Below are positions 32,748-42,014 of a stretch of DNA of 64,000 bases, piece by piece. The position numbers and the translations under genes are program-made. The stretch is from the NCBI GenBank assembly GCA_024276675.1, contig JAJRWT010000051.1:21324-85323 (forward strand). The letters run 5' to 3'. The notes below the pieces were generated by a model. It ran no database searches. It saw only the letters and a program-made list of their open reading frames with translations, and was not told the origin of the DNA. Numbering within the stretch: position 1 is the first letter of the stretch; each line of letters opens with the position of its first letter. Source of the stretch: Myxococcota bacterium (GTDB lineage Bacteria; Myxococcota_A; UBA796; JAFGLY01).

Positions 32748-33737
32748 ATGACAGAAGCCACAACCGACATCGCGGTTCGGATTGAGCAACAGGGTCTGGC
32801 CATCAGGCGTCTGCGAGAGGAGATCGCCACGGTGATCGTCGGACAACGCTACATGGTGGACAGGCTCATTCTGGCGCTCATCGCCGACGGGCACGTACTT
32901 GTGGAGGGACTGCCGGGCTTGGCCAAAACCACGGCCATCAAGACCCTCGCCACTGCAGTAGACGCCGACTTTTCGCGGGTGCAGTTCACACCGGATCTGC
33001 TTCCGGCGGACTTGGTGGGTACCCAGATCTATCGACCAGACACCGGCGAATTCAGGGTAAAGAAAGGGCCAATATTCACCAACCTGCTACTGGCGGACGA
33101 GATCAACCGGGCTCCGGCCAAAGTGCAGAGCGCCTTGTTGGAAGCCATGGCCGAACGGCAGGTGACCCTGGGTGATGAGACCTTCCTCCTGCCGCAGCCT
33201 TTTCTGGTGTTGGCCACACAGAACCCCATCGAGCAGGAGGGAACCTACCCTCTGCCCGAGGCGCAGGTGGATCGTTTCATGTTCAAACTCAGGGTGGGCT
33301 ACCCGGACAAGGCCGAGGAAAAGCAGATCATGCGTCGCATGGCACAAAGAACCTTGTCAAAGGTGCAGACCATCCTGAAGCCCGACGACATCCTGGCAGC
33401 TCGATCCGTCGCCGACTCCGTGTACATGGATGAAAAGGTCGAGGATTACATCGTAGACATTGTTTTCGCAACGAGGGAACCACGGGTCTACAAGATGGAG
33501 CATCTGGAGAAGCTCATCGAGTACGGTGCCTCTCCCAGGGCCTGTATATACCTGAACCAGTGTGTGCGGGCCCATGCCATGCTGGAGGGCAGGAGCTACG
33601 TCACTCCCCAGGACGTAAAGACCATCGGGCCCGATGTGTTGCGTCACCGGGTCATCGTATCCTACGAAGCCGAGGCTCGTGACTTGAACTCCGATGACAT
33701 TCTCAGCGAGATCTTTTCGACCGTAGACGTACCGTGA
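32748..33737 (+). CDS. MoxR-family AAA+ ATPase
   Basis: LVEGLPGLAKTTAIKTLA (Walker A), LLADEINRAPAKVQSALLEAM (Walker B/sensor region), LATQNPIEQEGTYPLPEAQVDRF. Confidence 0.93.
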   Translation: MTEATTDIAVRIEQQGLAIRRLREEIATVIVGQRYMVDRLILALIADGHVLVEGLPGLAKTTAIKTLATAVDADFSRVQFTPDLLPADLVGTQIYRPDTGEFRVKKGPIFTNLLLADEINRAPAKVQSALLEAMAERQVTLGDETFLLPQPFLVLATQNPIEQEGTYPLPEAQVDRFMFKLRVGYPDKAEEKQIMRRMAQRTLSKVQTILKPDDILAARSVADSVYMDEKVEDYIVDIVFATREPRVYKMEHLEKLIEYGASPRACIYLNQCVRAHAMLEGRSYVTPQDVKTIGPDVLRHRVIVSYEAEARDLNSDDILSEIFSTVDVP

Positions 33738-33764
33738 CGGTCAAAGAGTAATGGATTATCAACG

Positions 33765-34664
33765 ATGGCAACCAGTCGCCGTGAACTCACAGAGGCTCTT
33801 CCGTCCGAACTCTTCGCCCGAATCAAGGCCATACAGATACGGACCCAGCACCTTGTGACCGATGTCCTGGCCGGTTCCTACGAAAGCGCCTTCAAGGGCA
33901 GGGGCATGGAGTTTGAAGAAGTTCGGGAATACATGCCCGGTGACGACGTGCGCAACATCGACTGGAACGTGACCGCCAGAATGAACGCTCCCTTCGTCAA
34001 GGTACATCGCGAGGAGCGCGAGTTGACCGTCATGTTGCTGGTGGACGTGAGTTCTTCGGGTGCCTTCGGGAGCACGAATCGGCTCAAGAACGAGCTGGCC
34101 GCCGAAGCTGCCGCCATACTCGCCTATACAGCCGTGAAGAGCAATGACCGTGTCGGGTTGGTGATCTTCTCCGACAGGGTGGAGCGATACATTCCCGCCC
34201 AGAAGGGCACTGCACATGTCTGGAGAGTGATTCGCGAAATCTTGTTGTTCAGGCCCAACCGGCGAGCCACGGACCTGGAGGGCGCCCTGGAGTTCATGGC
34301 CAAGGTCACAAAACGTCGTTGCGTGGTTTTCATCATCTCGGACTTTCTCGACGAAGGATACGATGAACGAATGCGTGTGCTGGGGCGGCGGCACGACATC
34401 ACCTCCGTGACCGTTTCCGATCCCCGTGAAGAGGAACTGCCGCGCATCGGGCTGGTGGAGCTGGAAGATGCCGAAACCGGTGAATTGATACTGGTGGACA
34501 CCTCGGATCCACGTACTCTCGAGGGCTTTTCCTTGTTGGGCAGGAAGGAAAGCAGGCAGCTTCGAGAACAGTTCCGGGTTTCCAGGATCGACAACCTGGG
34601 TATTCGAACGGACAGCTCGCCGGTGGACGACATCGTGGAATTTTTCCGCAGGCGGGAACGATAA
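33765..34664 (+). CDS. DUF58 domain protein (MoxR partner, VWA-like)
   Basis: GMEFEEVREYMPGDDVRNIDWNVTARM is the DUF58 signature. Confidence 0.9.
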   Translation: MATSRRELTEALPSELFARIKAIQIRTQHLVTDVLAGSYESAFKGRGMEFEEVREYMPGDDVRNIDWNVTARMNAPFVKVHREERELTVMLLVDVSSSGAFGSTNRLKNELAAEAAAILAYTAVKSNDRVGLVIFSDRVERYIPAQKGTAHVWRVIREILLFRPNRRATDLEGALEFMAKVTKRRCVVFIISDFLDEGYDERMRVLGRRHDITSVTVSDPREEELPRIGLVELEDAETGELILVDTSDPRTLEGFSLLGRKESRQLREQFRVSRIDNLGIRTDSSPVDDIVEFFRRRER

Positions 34665-34679
34665 ACCAATGTTGAGGGG

Positions 34680-36026
34680 GTGATGAATGGGGGATCCATC
34701 GTGAAGCTTCGTTCTCCACCAGCAAGTACGTCGGCGCAGCCAGCCGGCGTCTACAGTCGCACTCTTCTGTGGTTGCAACTGGTCGTGAGCTTGGTGCTGC
34801 TGTCGGCGGTAATCTTCGTAGCAGGCGTAAGCAGGGATCCATCCAGGGCGGAGGGAGCAGTGCTCACCCGACAAGTTGCTTCCAAGCTCCTTTCAGCCGG
34901 CGTCATAGATGAAGCGGCTTCTCTGTACCAGGATTACCTCTGGTCAGGAGAAGTTTCGCCGGATTCCCACGCCTCCATCGCCTTCAGCCTGGGAAACGTC
35001 TACCTGGATGCAGGCAGATACCAGGAAGCACTGCGTTGGTACTACGAAGCCGAGACAGTCGGAACATCGTCCACGTCAGGGGGGCTGGTCACCGGTGGAC
35101 AGGGGGGCTCCATTACCGGTGAAGCAGCCCGGAAGATCGTGCACTGCCTGGAAAAGCTGGGGAAGTTGCACCAGGCGCAAGCGGTGTTGGCTTCCAGCAC
35201 CACGCTGGAAGCCTCGAAGCTCCAACATGCCGACGCTGATCCTCTGGTGGCACGCATAGGCAGCAGGGAGATCAGATTGTCGGAACTCCTGCGTGCCCTT
35301 GACGAACTGCCCCCCGGCCTGGCGGAGCCCTATTCGGGGTCGGCCGGGAAAAAGGCCTTCCTGGAAAAGTACGTCGCGGATGAACTAATCTGGAGGAAGG
35401 CGCGAAAACTGGAGTATGATTCAGATCCCGAAGTGCTGGAGCAGATCCAGGCTGCCACCAGGCAGATAGTCCTGGGCGCGTTCGTAGAAAAAGAGATTCT
35501 GGGAAAAGTTGTGCCCACCGACACGGATCTCGAGACCTGGTACAGCGCCCACAAAGTGCGATACCGCGAGCCGGATCGCGCCAGGGTCCGGGTTCTGGAA
35601 CTTGCGGACATGGCCCGGGCCAGGGAGCTTGCTCCAACTGTCTCACAGAAGGCTGCCTTTGCGCTGGCTGCCAGGGAGAATTCCCTTCACGAGGCCAGCC
35701 GTGGCAAGGGAGGGCTGCTGGAGGGCTGGGTGGAGGAGGGGCAGGATTTTCTGGGTGAAGGCGACGCCCGCACCATCTCCGATCTTCTGTTCTCCGCCAG
35801 GGAAGGGCAGGTGGTAGGGCCATTCCAAGCAGGCGATCATGTCTACCTGCTACGTCTGGAGAAGCTGGAGCAGGGTGGATCACGGGACTTGGACGAGGTC
35901 AGGGAACAGGTGGAGCGAGATTACAGGATGGCCAGGGTCCAGGAAGCCTATGGCGATCTCATCCAGCAGGAACTCTCTGCCGATGACGTCCAATTGTTCC
36001 CCCAGGCCCTGGAGGAGCAGGGATGA
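34680..36026 (+). CDS. Membrane-anchored TPR + parvulin-type peptidyl-prolyl isomerase-like protein
   Basis: One TM segment (LLWLQLVVSLVLLSAVIFVAGV). TPR-like LGNVYLDAGRYQEALRWYYEA. C-terminal parvulin-like region (RVRVLEL..., GGLLEGWVEEG..., VVGPFQAGDHVYLLRLE). The His usually found at the start of the parvulin fold appears to be Arg. Confidence 0.65.
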   Translation: MMNGGSIVKLRSPPASTSAQPAGVYSRTLLWLQLVVSLVLLSAVIFVAGVSRDPSRAEGAVLTRQVASKLLSAGVIDEAASLYQDYLWSGEVSPDSHASIAFSLGNVYLDAGRYQEALRWYYEAETVGTSSTSGGLVTGGQGGSITGEAARKIVHCLEKLGKLHQAQAVLASSTTLEASKLQHADADPLVARIGSREIRLSELLRALDELPPGLAEPYSGSAGKKAFLEKYVADELIWRKARKLEYDSDPEVLEQIQAATRQIVLGAFVEKEILGKVVPTDTDLETWYSAHKVRYREPDRARVRVLELADMARARELAPTVSQKAAFALAARENSLHEASRGKGGLLEGWVEEGQDFLGEGDARTISDLLFSAREGQVVGPFQAGDHVYLLRLEKLEQGGSRDLDEVREQVERDYRMARVQEAYGDLIQQELSADDVQLFPQALEEQG

Positions 36027-36100
36027 GCTTCAATGGACCCATCCTTCCCTTTTTTTCATCATATAGCCAGGGCCGATTTGGCCGGGTGATACCGGGAACC

Positions 36101-37183
36101 ATGGAAGGGCATGGCAATCTCGCCAGGCTGCTCGTGGCCCTGTTCGGGTTGTTACTGGCCTTCAGCGCATGTGGAAACAAGCATTTGGCCCAGGAAGATG
36201 CTTCAGCCAGTAAGAATCTGCCACCGGTGCGGGTGTCTGCCTCGGTGGACAAGGCGGTGGCTACCACCGGTGACATCATCACCTACACGCTCAAGGTCGA
36301 AAGAGATCCCGCCTACCAAGTCAAGGTTCCCGAAATGGGCGCTGAGATAGCTGGCTTTCGAATAGTTGACTTGGGAAGCGAATCATCGGAGGCCAGTGAT
36401 GGTCGCGTGTACGACACATACTGGTACAAGCTACGGGCCGACCTGGTGGGGTCCTATGTCCTGCCGGCGGCGTGGGTGGAGTTCGCGTCTGTCGCGGAAG
36501 CCGAGGAAGTGGCAGAGGAGCAGGAAGCCCGGACCAGCAAGACTGCCGGATCAGAAGCCGAAAAAGGGGGTTCCGGCGCCAGGTGGGAACAGGTGGGCAC
36601 ATCCGAGATCTTCGTCGAGGTTGAGTCGGTGTTGCCCGCCAACGAAGAAGCCACGGACATCAAGGACATCAAGCCGCTCCCCCCCAGGCGCCTGCATCTG
36701 GATTGGATGTGGATTGGGATTGCTTTGGCGTTGCTAGTGCTGGCGTTCGCCGTGGCGCTGTACTTCTGGAGAAGGAGTCGGCGTCCCAGGGTCGAGCCAC
36801 AGACTCCACCCCACGAGCTGGCTTTTCGGGCCCTGGACTCCCTGCGCTCCACCGATTTTGAAGACCTGGAAGCGCTGAGGAAATACTACTTTGCCATCTC
36901 GGAGGTGCTGCGTGAATACGTGGAAGCCAGATTCGGATTGAACGCAACGGACCTCACCACGGAAGAGATACTCGGCCATCTCGTGGAGCTGGCGGAACTC
37001 TCCGCTGAAAACCGGAAGCTTCTTCGCAGGTTCCTGCTGGATACCGACATGGTGAAGTTCGCAGCGCACCGTCCGGGCTCCCAGGAGATCGAAGCCTGCT
37101 TCGAAGCTGCCCTGGGGTTCGTGGAATCTACGGTCCCGGAGCCGCTTTCCAAGGAGCCATCGCAACCGGAGCCCATGCAGTAG
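36101..37183 (+). CDS. BatD-N-like beta-sandwich + TM + DUF4381-like tail protein (probable lipoprotein)
   Basis: MEGHGNLARLLVALFGLLLAFSAC. DIITYTLKVERDP..., TM WMWIGIALALLVLAFAVALYFW, tail ...LLDTDMVKFAAHRP. The track ORF starts at 36023 (ATGA overlap), but 36027-36100 is AT-richer with a T7 tract and looks like spacer. Confidence 0.7.
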   Translation: MEGHGNLARLLVALFGLLLAFSACGNKHLAQEDASASKNLPPVRVSASVDKAVATTGDIITYTLKVERDPAYQVKVPEMGAEIAGFRIVDLGSESSEASDGRVYDTYWYKLRADLVGSYVLPAAWVEFASVAEAEEVAEEQEARTSKTAGSEAEKGGSGARWEQVGTSEIFVEVESVLPANEEATDIKDIKPLPPRRLHLDWMWIGIALALLVLAFAVALYFWRRSRRPRVEPQTPPHELAFRALDSLRSTDFEDLEALRKYYFAISEVLREYVEARFGLNATDLTTEEILGHLVELAELSAENRKLLRRFLLDTDMVKFAAHRPGSQEIEACFEAALGFVESTVPEPLSKEPSQPEPMQ

Positions 37184-37185
37184 AG

Positions 37186-38223
37186 GTGGATGTGTTCTTC
37201 TCTGATATCAAACTCTTGTGGGTTCTGGTGCCGCTCTACATTCTCTGGGCGATGGCATGGTTCGTAACGGTTCCCATGGGCAGGCGTTGGCGGATCCTGG
37301 CTCCATCCAGCCTGCGCTTTTCCAGCACCCACAGGCTCAACCTGCTGAAACCCTCGTGGGCGGTACGTGTGAGGCCGTTCGTTCTGGGTTTGCGTTTGCT
37401 GGCGGTGCTCTTTCTTGTGGTGGCCATGACCCGTCCCCAGACTGGGCGGAAGCATACAAAGGTCACCAGCGAGGGGATCGACATCATGCTGGTTTTGGAC
37501 ACATCCGGGAGTATGCAGGCACTGGATCTGGACGTAGACAAACCCGTCGGCCGCCGCAGAAATCGCCTGCAAGTGGTGAAGGACGTGGTGGCCAGTTTCG
37601 TGGAACACCGTGAAAACGACCAGATAGGTATCGTGGTGTTCGGTTCCGAGGCCTTCACCCAATGTCCGCTGACGCTGGACCACGGGATCGTATCCACCTT
37701 CCTGGACCGCGTCGAGCTGGGCGTAGCCGGTGACTCCACTGCCCTGGGATCGGCTCTGGGGACGGCGGTAAAACGGCTGAAGAAATCCGATGCCAAATCC
37801 AAGGTGGTCATTCTGCTTACGGACGGTCGCAACAACTCCGGCGTTCTCGCTCCACGAAAGGCTGCCGAGATTGCCAAGACTTTCGGGATCAAAGTCTATG
37901 CCATCGGCGCTGGCACCAGGGACAAGGCTCCCATTCTGGTGGACACGATTTTCGGAAGACAGGTCCAGTATATCCAGGCGGATATCGACGAACCCACCTT
38001 GAAAGAGATCGCCGAAACCACCGGAGGTGACTATTTTCGCGCAGAAGATGCAAGTGCTCTCGAGGCAATCTACAAGCAGATCGACAAGCTGGAGAAGACC
38101 CGTGTGGAGACCAGGTACTACATGGAGTACAACGAGCGTTTTCCCTTGTTTGTCATCCCGGCTGTGTTCTTGTTGATTCTGGAGATGCTTCTTCTGGGAA
38201 CACGCTTCAGGAAGATCCCCTAG
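37186..38223 (+). CDS. batA: VWA-domain membrane protein, BatA-like
   Basis: N-terminal TM. MIDAS IMLVLDTSGSM...LLTDGRNNSG. C-terminal TM (FPLFVIPAVFLLILEMLLL). Confidence 0.85.
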   Translation: MDVFFSDIKLLWVLVPLYILWAMAWFVTVPMGRRWRILAPSSLRFSSTHRLNLLKPSWAVRVRPFVLGLRLLAVLFLVVAMTRPQTGRKHTKVTSEGIDIMLVLDTSGSMQALDLDVDKPVGRRRNRLQVVKDVVASFVEHRENDQIGIVVFGSEAFTQCPLTLDHGIVSTFLDRVELGVAGDSTALGSALGTAVKRLKKSDAKSKVVILLTDGRNNSGVLAPRKAAEIAKTFGIKVYAIGAGTRDKAPILVDTIFGRQVQYIQADIDEPTLKEIAETTGGDYFRAEDASALEAIYKQIDKLEKTRVETRYYMEYNERFPLFVIPAVFLLILEMLLLGTRFRKIP

Positions 38224-39311
38224 TGAGGTGCGGCATGGCTACAATTTTGGGAGCGGTGTTGCTATGCAACGATGCCCTGGCTGCGTCGCAGGGGGTTCGT
38301 CTCGGGGAGCCGGCCTTCCTGTGGTTCCTCTGGCTGATCCCTGCTCTGGTGGTCTTTCAGATCTGGGTGTTCAGAACCAAGACCAGGATGTTGCACCGCT
38401 TTGCCAGCCCGGAGCTGCTTGTACGCATCATGTCGGGTTTCAGCAGAGCCCGCCAGATACTCAAGACTGCCCTGGTTCTTTTCGCCCTTGCCATGGCTAT
38501 CTTGAGCCTGTCACGAGTGCAGTACGGCTTCACCTGGGAAGAGGTCCAGAGAAAGGGGGTGGACCTGGTGGTCGCCCTGGATGTTTCCGATTCCATGCTG
38601 GTGGAGGACGCATCCAGCGGTGAACGTCTGAGCAGGTTGGAGAGAGCCAAGAGAGAGATCACCGACCTCCTGGGGCTCCTGGATGGTGACCGCATCGGTC
38701 TGGTGGCCTTTGCAGGGGCTGCCTTCATCGAGTGTCCGCTCACGCTTGATTATGCCGCTGCTGAGCTTTTTCTGGACGACATGGACACGGATCTCATACC
38801 GGTCAAGGGTACGGCCATCGGACAAGCCATCGAAAAATCCATGGATGCGTTCGATGGGGGAGCAGCGGACTCTCGTGCAATCATTCTCATAACCGACGGC
38901 GAAGATCATTCCGGAAAGGCGCTGGAAGCAGCGAAGGAAGCCGCGGAATCAGGGGTGCGCATCTTCACCATCGGCATCGGAAAAGACGAAGGATCACCCA
39001 TTCCCGCCGAAGGAGGAGGTTTTCGGCGTGACAAGAACGGTGAGATGATTTTGAGTCGGCTGGACGAGACAACGCTGCAAAAGATGGCTCTGGCCACAGG
39101 TGGCCGCTACGTACGCTCGGTGACCGGCGACGTGGACCTGGAAAAGATCTACAACCAGGGAGTCAAGGCCACTCTCCAGGATCAAGAGCTGGAATCCAGC
39201 AGGCGCCAGTTGTGGAAGGACCGCTTCCAGTGGCTGCTGGCCATTTCCCTTCTTGCCCTGGTGCTGGAACCCTTCGTACCCGAAAGGACACGGAGGACAC
39301 GACATGCATAG
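38223..39311 (+). CDS. batB: VWA-domain membrane protein, BatB-like
   Basis: FLWFLWLIPALVVFQIW. MIDAS LVVALDVSDSM...LITDGEDHSG. C-terminal TM. GTG start overlaps the batA TAG by 1 nt. Confidence 0.85.
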   Translation: MRCGMATILGAVLLCNDALAASQGVRLGEPAFLWFLWLIPALVVFQIWVFRTKTRMLHRFASPELLVRIMSGFSRARQILKTALVLFALAMAILSLSRVQYGFTWEEVQRKGVDLVVALDVSDSMLVEDASSGERLSRLERAKREITDLLGLLDGDRIGLVAFAGAAFIECPLTLDYAAAELFLDDMDTDLIPVKGTAIGQAIEKSMDAFDGGAADSRAIILITDGEDHSGKALEAAKEAAESGVRIFTIGIGKDEGSPIPAEGGGFRRDKNGEMILSRLDETTLQKMALATGGRYVRSVTGDVDLEKIYNQGVKATLQDQELESSRRQLWKDRFQWLLAISLLALVLEPFVPERTRRTRHA

Positions 39312-40248
39312 AAAGTATTTTCTTCTTGGTTTGCTCTTCCTGTATGTCCCTGCCTCTGCCGCGCAGGACACGGGATCGGCATCTGCGGCACAAACGGGCC
39401 AGGCTGCGGAGAGGAGCGGGAAAATTGGCGATCCCTGGGAAGCCTACCAGGCTGGTCGTTGGAACGAGGCCCTCCAGGCGTTCGTGGATCTTCAGGTGGA
39501 ACGTCCCAACGATCCGGAGCTGATGATGGATGTGGGTAGCTCTCAGTACCAGATGGGCGACTACGATGCCGCTGCAACATCTTTTGGCAGGGCAGCAACC
39601 CTGGCAGACGATGATCTGAGAGCAAAAGCCCTCTACAATATGGGCAATGTTTCATACCGGCAGGGAAAACTCAAAGAGGCCATCGACTACTACAAAGCTG
39701 CGTTGGAAGGCAATCCAGACGACCAGGATGCCAAGTACAACCTGGAATTCGTAAGAGACGAAATCCGAAGGCGGCACGAAGAGGCCCAGAAACGCCAACA
39801 GGAACAAAAGGATCAGCAACAGGACCAACAACAGGATCAGCAGGAATCTCGGCAGCAGGACCAGCAGGATCGGGGTGGGTCGCAGCAACAGGAACAGGCG
39901 GGGCAGGACTCGGACGGCGACGGTCTGCCGGACGAACTGGAACGAAACGCGCAGAATCCCACCGACCCCGCCAATCCCGACAGCGATGGCGATGGTCTTG
40001 CCGATGGTGAAGAGGACCGCAACGCCAACGGAACCGTCGACCAGGGCGAGACAGATCCCAACAAGGTGGACAGCGATGGCGATGGAGTACCCGACTCGGC
40101 ACAGGATACTGCCCAACAACAGCAGCAAGAAGCCACGGAACTCAGTCCCGAAGAGGCCGAACGATACCTACAGGCCCTGCAAGAACAACGTCCGGATGCA
40201 CTTCCTGCCGGTGCCGTGCGGGGCAGGAGCACAGGGAAGGACTGGTGA
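39304..40248 (+). CDS. batC: TPR protein, BatC-like, with Gln-rich tract and three thrombospondin-type-3-like DSDGDG repeats
   Basis: Signal peptide MHRKYFLLGLLFLYVPASAA. TPR ALYNMGNVSYRQGKLKEAIDYYKAAL. QQEQKDQQQDQQQDQQ..., then DSDGDGLPD, DSDGDGLADGEED and DSDGDGVPD. Confidence 0.8.
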   Translation: MHRKYFLLGLLFLYVPASAAQDTGSASAAQTGQAAERSGKIGDPWEAYQAGRWNEALQAFVDLQVERPNDPELMMDVGSSQYQMGDYDAAATSFGRAATLADDDLRAKALYNMGNVSYRQGKLKEAIDYYKAALEGNPDDQDAKYNLEFVRDEIRRRHEEAQKRQQEQKDQQQDQQQDQQESRQQDQQDRGGSQQQEQAGQDSDGDGLPDELERNAQNPTDPANPDSDGDGLADGEEDRNANGTVDQGETDPNKVDSDGDGVPDSAQDTAQQQQQEATELSPEEAERYLQALQEQRPDALPAGAVRGRSTGKDW

Positions 40249-42014
40249 TGTGGAGGAAACCCCACCTGCTCCTGCTGTTTCTGTTGGGACTGTGGTTCCT
40301 GCCGGGTGGTTCGCTTGCCCGGGCAGCGGGGATAACCGCCACCGTCGATCGTACCCAGGTGAATGTTGGGGACAGGCTCGTGTTGACAATCACGGTCGAA
40401 GGCTCGATGCGTGCCAGACCCACCCTGCCCGATCTCTCGCCGTTCCAGGTGTACTCTGGAGGGCAGAGTACACAGGTCCAGATCGTCAACATGAAGCGCT
40501 CACTTTCCGCGGTCTACACCTATTACCTCCTGCCCAGGCGCGAGGGAACCTTCACCATAGGACCCGCAACAGTGGAGTTGAAGGGGCGTACGCAAAGGAG
40601 CGATCCCATCCGCATAACCGTGCTGCCCCCGGAGCAGCAGCCAAACTCTGGCAGGGACCTGTTCATTACCGCCACTGTTTCCGAAACCGATCCGTACGTT
40701 TCCCAACAGGTGGTATACACATTCAGGTTCTACCGAAGAGTGCAGGTTGCGGATGCCAGCTTGCAGCTTCCATCCATGGACGATTTCGTCGTCCAGGATC
40801 TGGGCGAGCAACGTGACTATGAAAAGACACTCAACGGACAGAAGTACCTGGTCACCGAGATCAAGAAGGCTCTTTTCCCCCAGGAGGCCGGGGAGGTAAC
40901 TATCGCTGCTGCCAGCCTGAACTGCCAGGTTGCTGAGAGGCGGCAGCGAAGCAGATCGCTCTTCGACGATTTCTTTTCCGGCTACCAGACAAGGAGCGAG
41001 CTGCTCCACGCACCCGCCATCGACATGCGCATCAAGCCACTTCCCCCTGCTCCTTCAGGATTCTCCGGGCTCGTGGGGAGTTTCAAGCTGAAGGCGAGCT
41101 TGAGCCGCAACCTTCTTCACGTGGGTGAGTCGGCCACCTTGACCGCCACCATTACCGGGAGCGGAAACGTCCATTCCATTCCCAGTCCCCTGTTCCCGGA
41201 ATTGGAAGGTTTCAAGGTCTACGACGACAAACCCACGGCGCAACTCGACACGAGCGGTAGTCGGCTCAGAGCCAGCCGCGAGTTCAAGAAGGCTCTGATA
41301 CCGCTGAAAGCAGGTCAATACACGATTCCCGCCACCAGGCTCATCTATTTTGATCCGCAGGCCAGGATCTACCGCACCGCTTCTTCCGGTTCCTTCGACA
41401 TGAATGTCCTTCCTTCGGAAAACGGAGAGGAGTTGAACCTGACGGAAGGCCTGGGGCCCAGTACCGGCAAGGTGGCTGTCAAGGTGGTCGGTGATGATAT
41501 ACTGCCCATCTATCGGCGTGTGGACGCCATCCCGCGTGTTCGTGGAACGCGGGCCCAGGCCTTGTTTGCCATCTCCATGTCACTGCCCCCGGCAGCCTGG
41601 TTCGCTCTGCTGTTGATCCGCCGGCATCGCTATCGTTATAGCGCAAACAGTCAACTTCGCAGACGGCGGGAAGCATTCCAGAACTCCCGCAAGGCCATGC
41701 GCGGAGCCCGGGCACTTGTCGCTGAAGGTCGCAACAAGGACGCCGCACTGGTCGCCACACGAGCGTTGAAGGCATATATCGGTGACAAAACGGGGACAGA
41801 GGGCTCGGCGTTGACTCCTGCCGAGGTTGCTGCCGTTCTGGCCCGGAAGGCCATTTCAGAGAGTCTATGTCACGAGGTGGAGAGCACACTCCAACAGTTG
41901 GAAGCCATGCACTACGGGGTTGTCGCCGACGAAAAGGCCTTGTCTTCGGTTCCCCGGATGGTCGGCGAGCTGTTGAAGCGCCTGAACAAGGAGTTCTCCA
42001 GGAGGGCACAATGA
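40245..42014 (+). CDS. batD: BatD-family (oxygen-tolerance) protein
   Basis: Signal peptide. Repeated Ig-like segments (VNVGDRLVLTITVEG..., VSQQVVYTFRFYRR..., LHVGESATLTATITGSGNV). Single TM near the C-terminus and a helical tail. Confidence 0.85.
   Translation: MMWRKPHLLLLFLLGLWFLPGGSLARAAGITATVDRTQVNVGDRLVLTITVEGSMRARPTLPDLSPFQVYSGGQSTQVQIVNMKRSLSAVYTYYLLPRREGTFTIGPATVELKGRTQRSDPIRITVLPPEQQPNSGRDLFITATVSETDPYVSQQVVYTFRFYRRVQVADASLQLPSMDDFVVQDLGEQRDYEKTLNGQKYLVTEIKKALFPQEAGEVTIAAASLNCQVAERRQRSRSLFDDFFSGYQTRSELLHAPAIDMRIKPLPPAPSGFSGLVGSFKLKASLSRNLLHVGESATLTATITGSGNVHSIPSPLFPELEGFKVYDDKPTAQLDTSGSRLRASREFKKALIPLKAGQYTIPATRLIYFDPQARIYRTASSGSFDMNVLPSENGEELNLTEGLGPSTGKVAVKVVGDDILPIYRRVDAIPRVRGTRAQALFAISMSLPPAAWFALLLIRRHRYRYSANSQLRRRREAFQNSRKAMRGARALVAEGRNKDAALVATRALKAYIGDKTGTEGSALTPAEVAAVLARKAISESLCHEVESTLQQLEAMHYGVVADEKALSSVPRMVGELLKRLNKEFSRRAQ

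Noticed and set aside
36027-36100. N-terminal 26 codons of track ORF 36023..37183 (ATGA overlap with the parvulin gene) as coding sequence.
   Set aside because: The stretch is AT-richer, with a T7 run and a GGCC-GATTT-GGCC hairpin. The signal peptide and lipobox fit a start at ATG 36101. Kept only as an alternative start.
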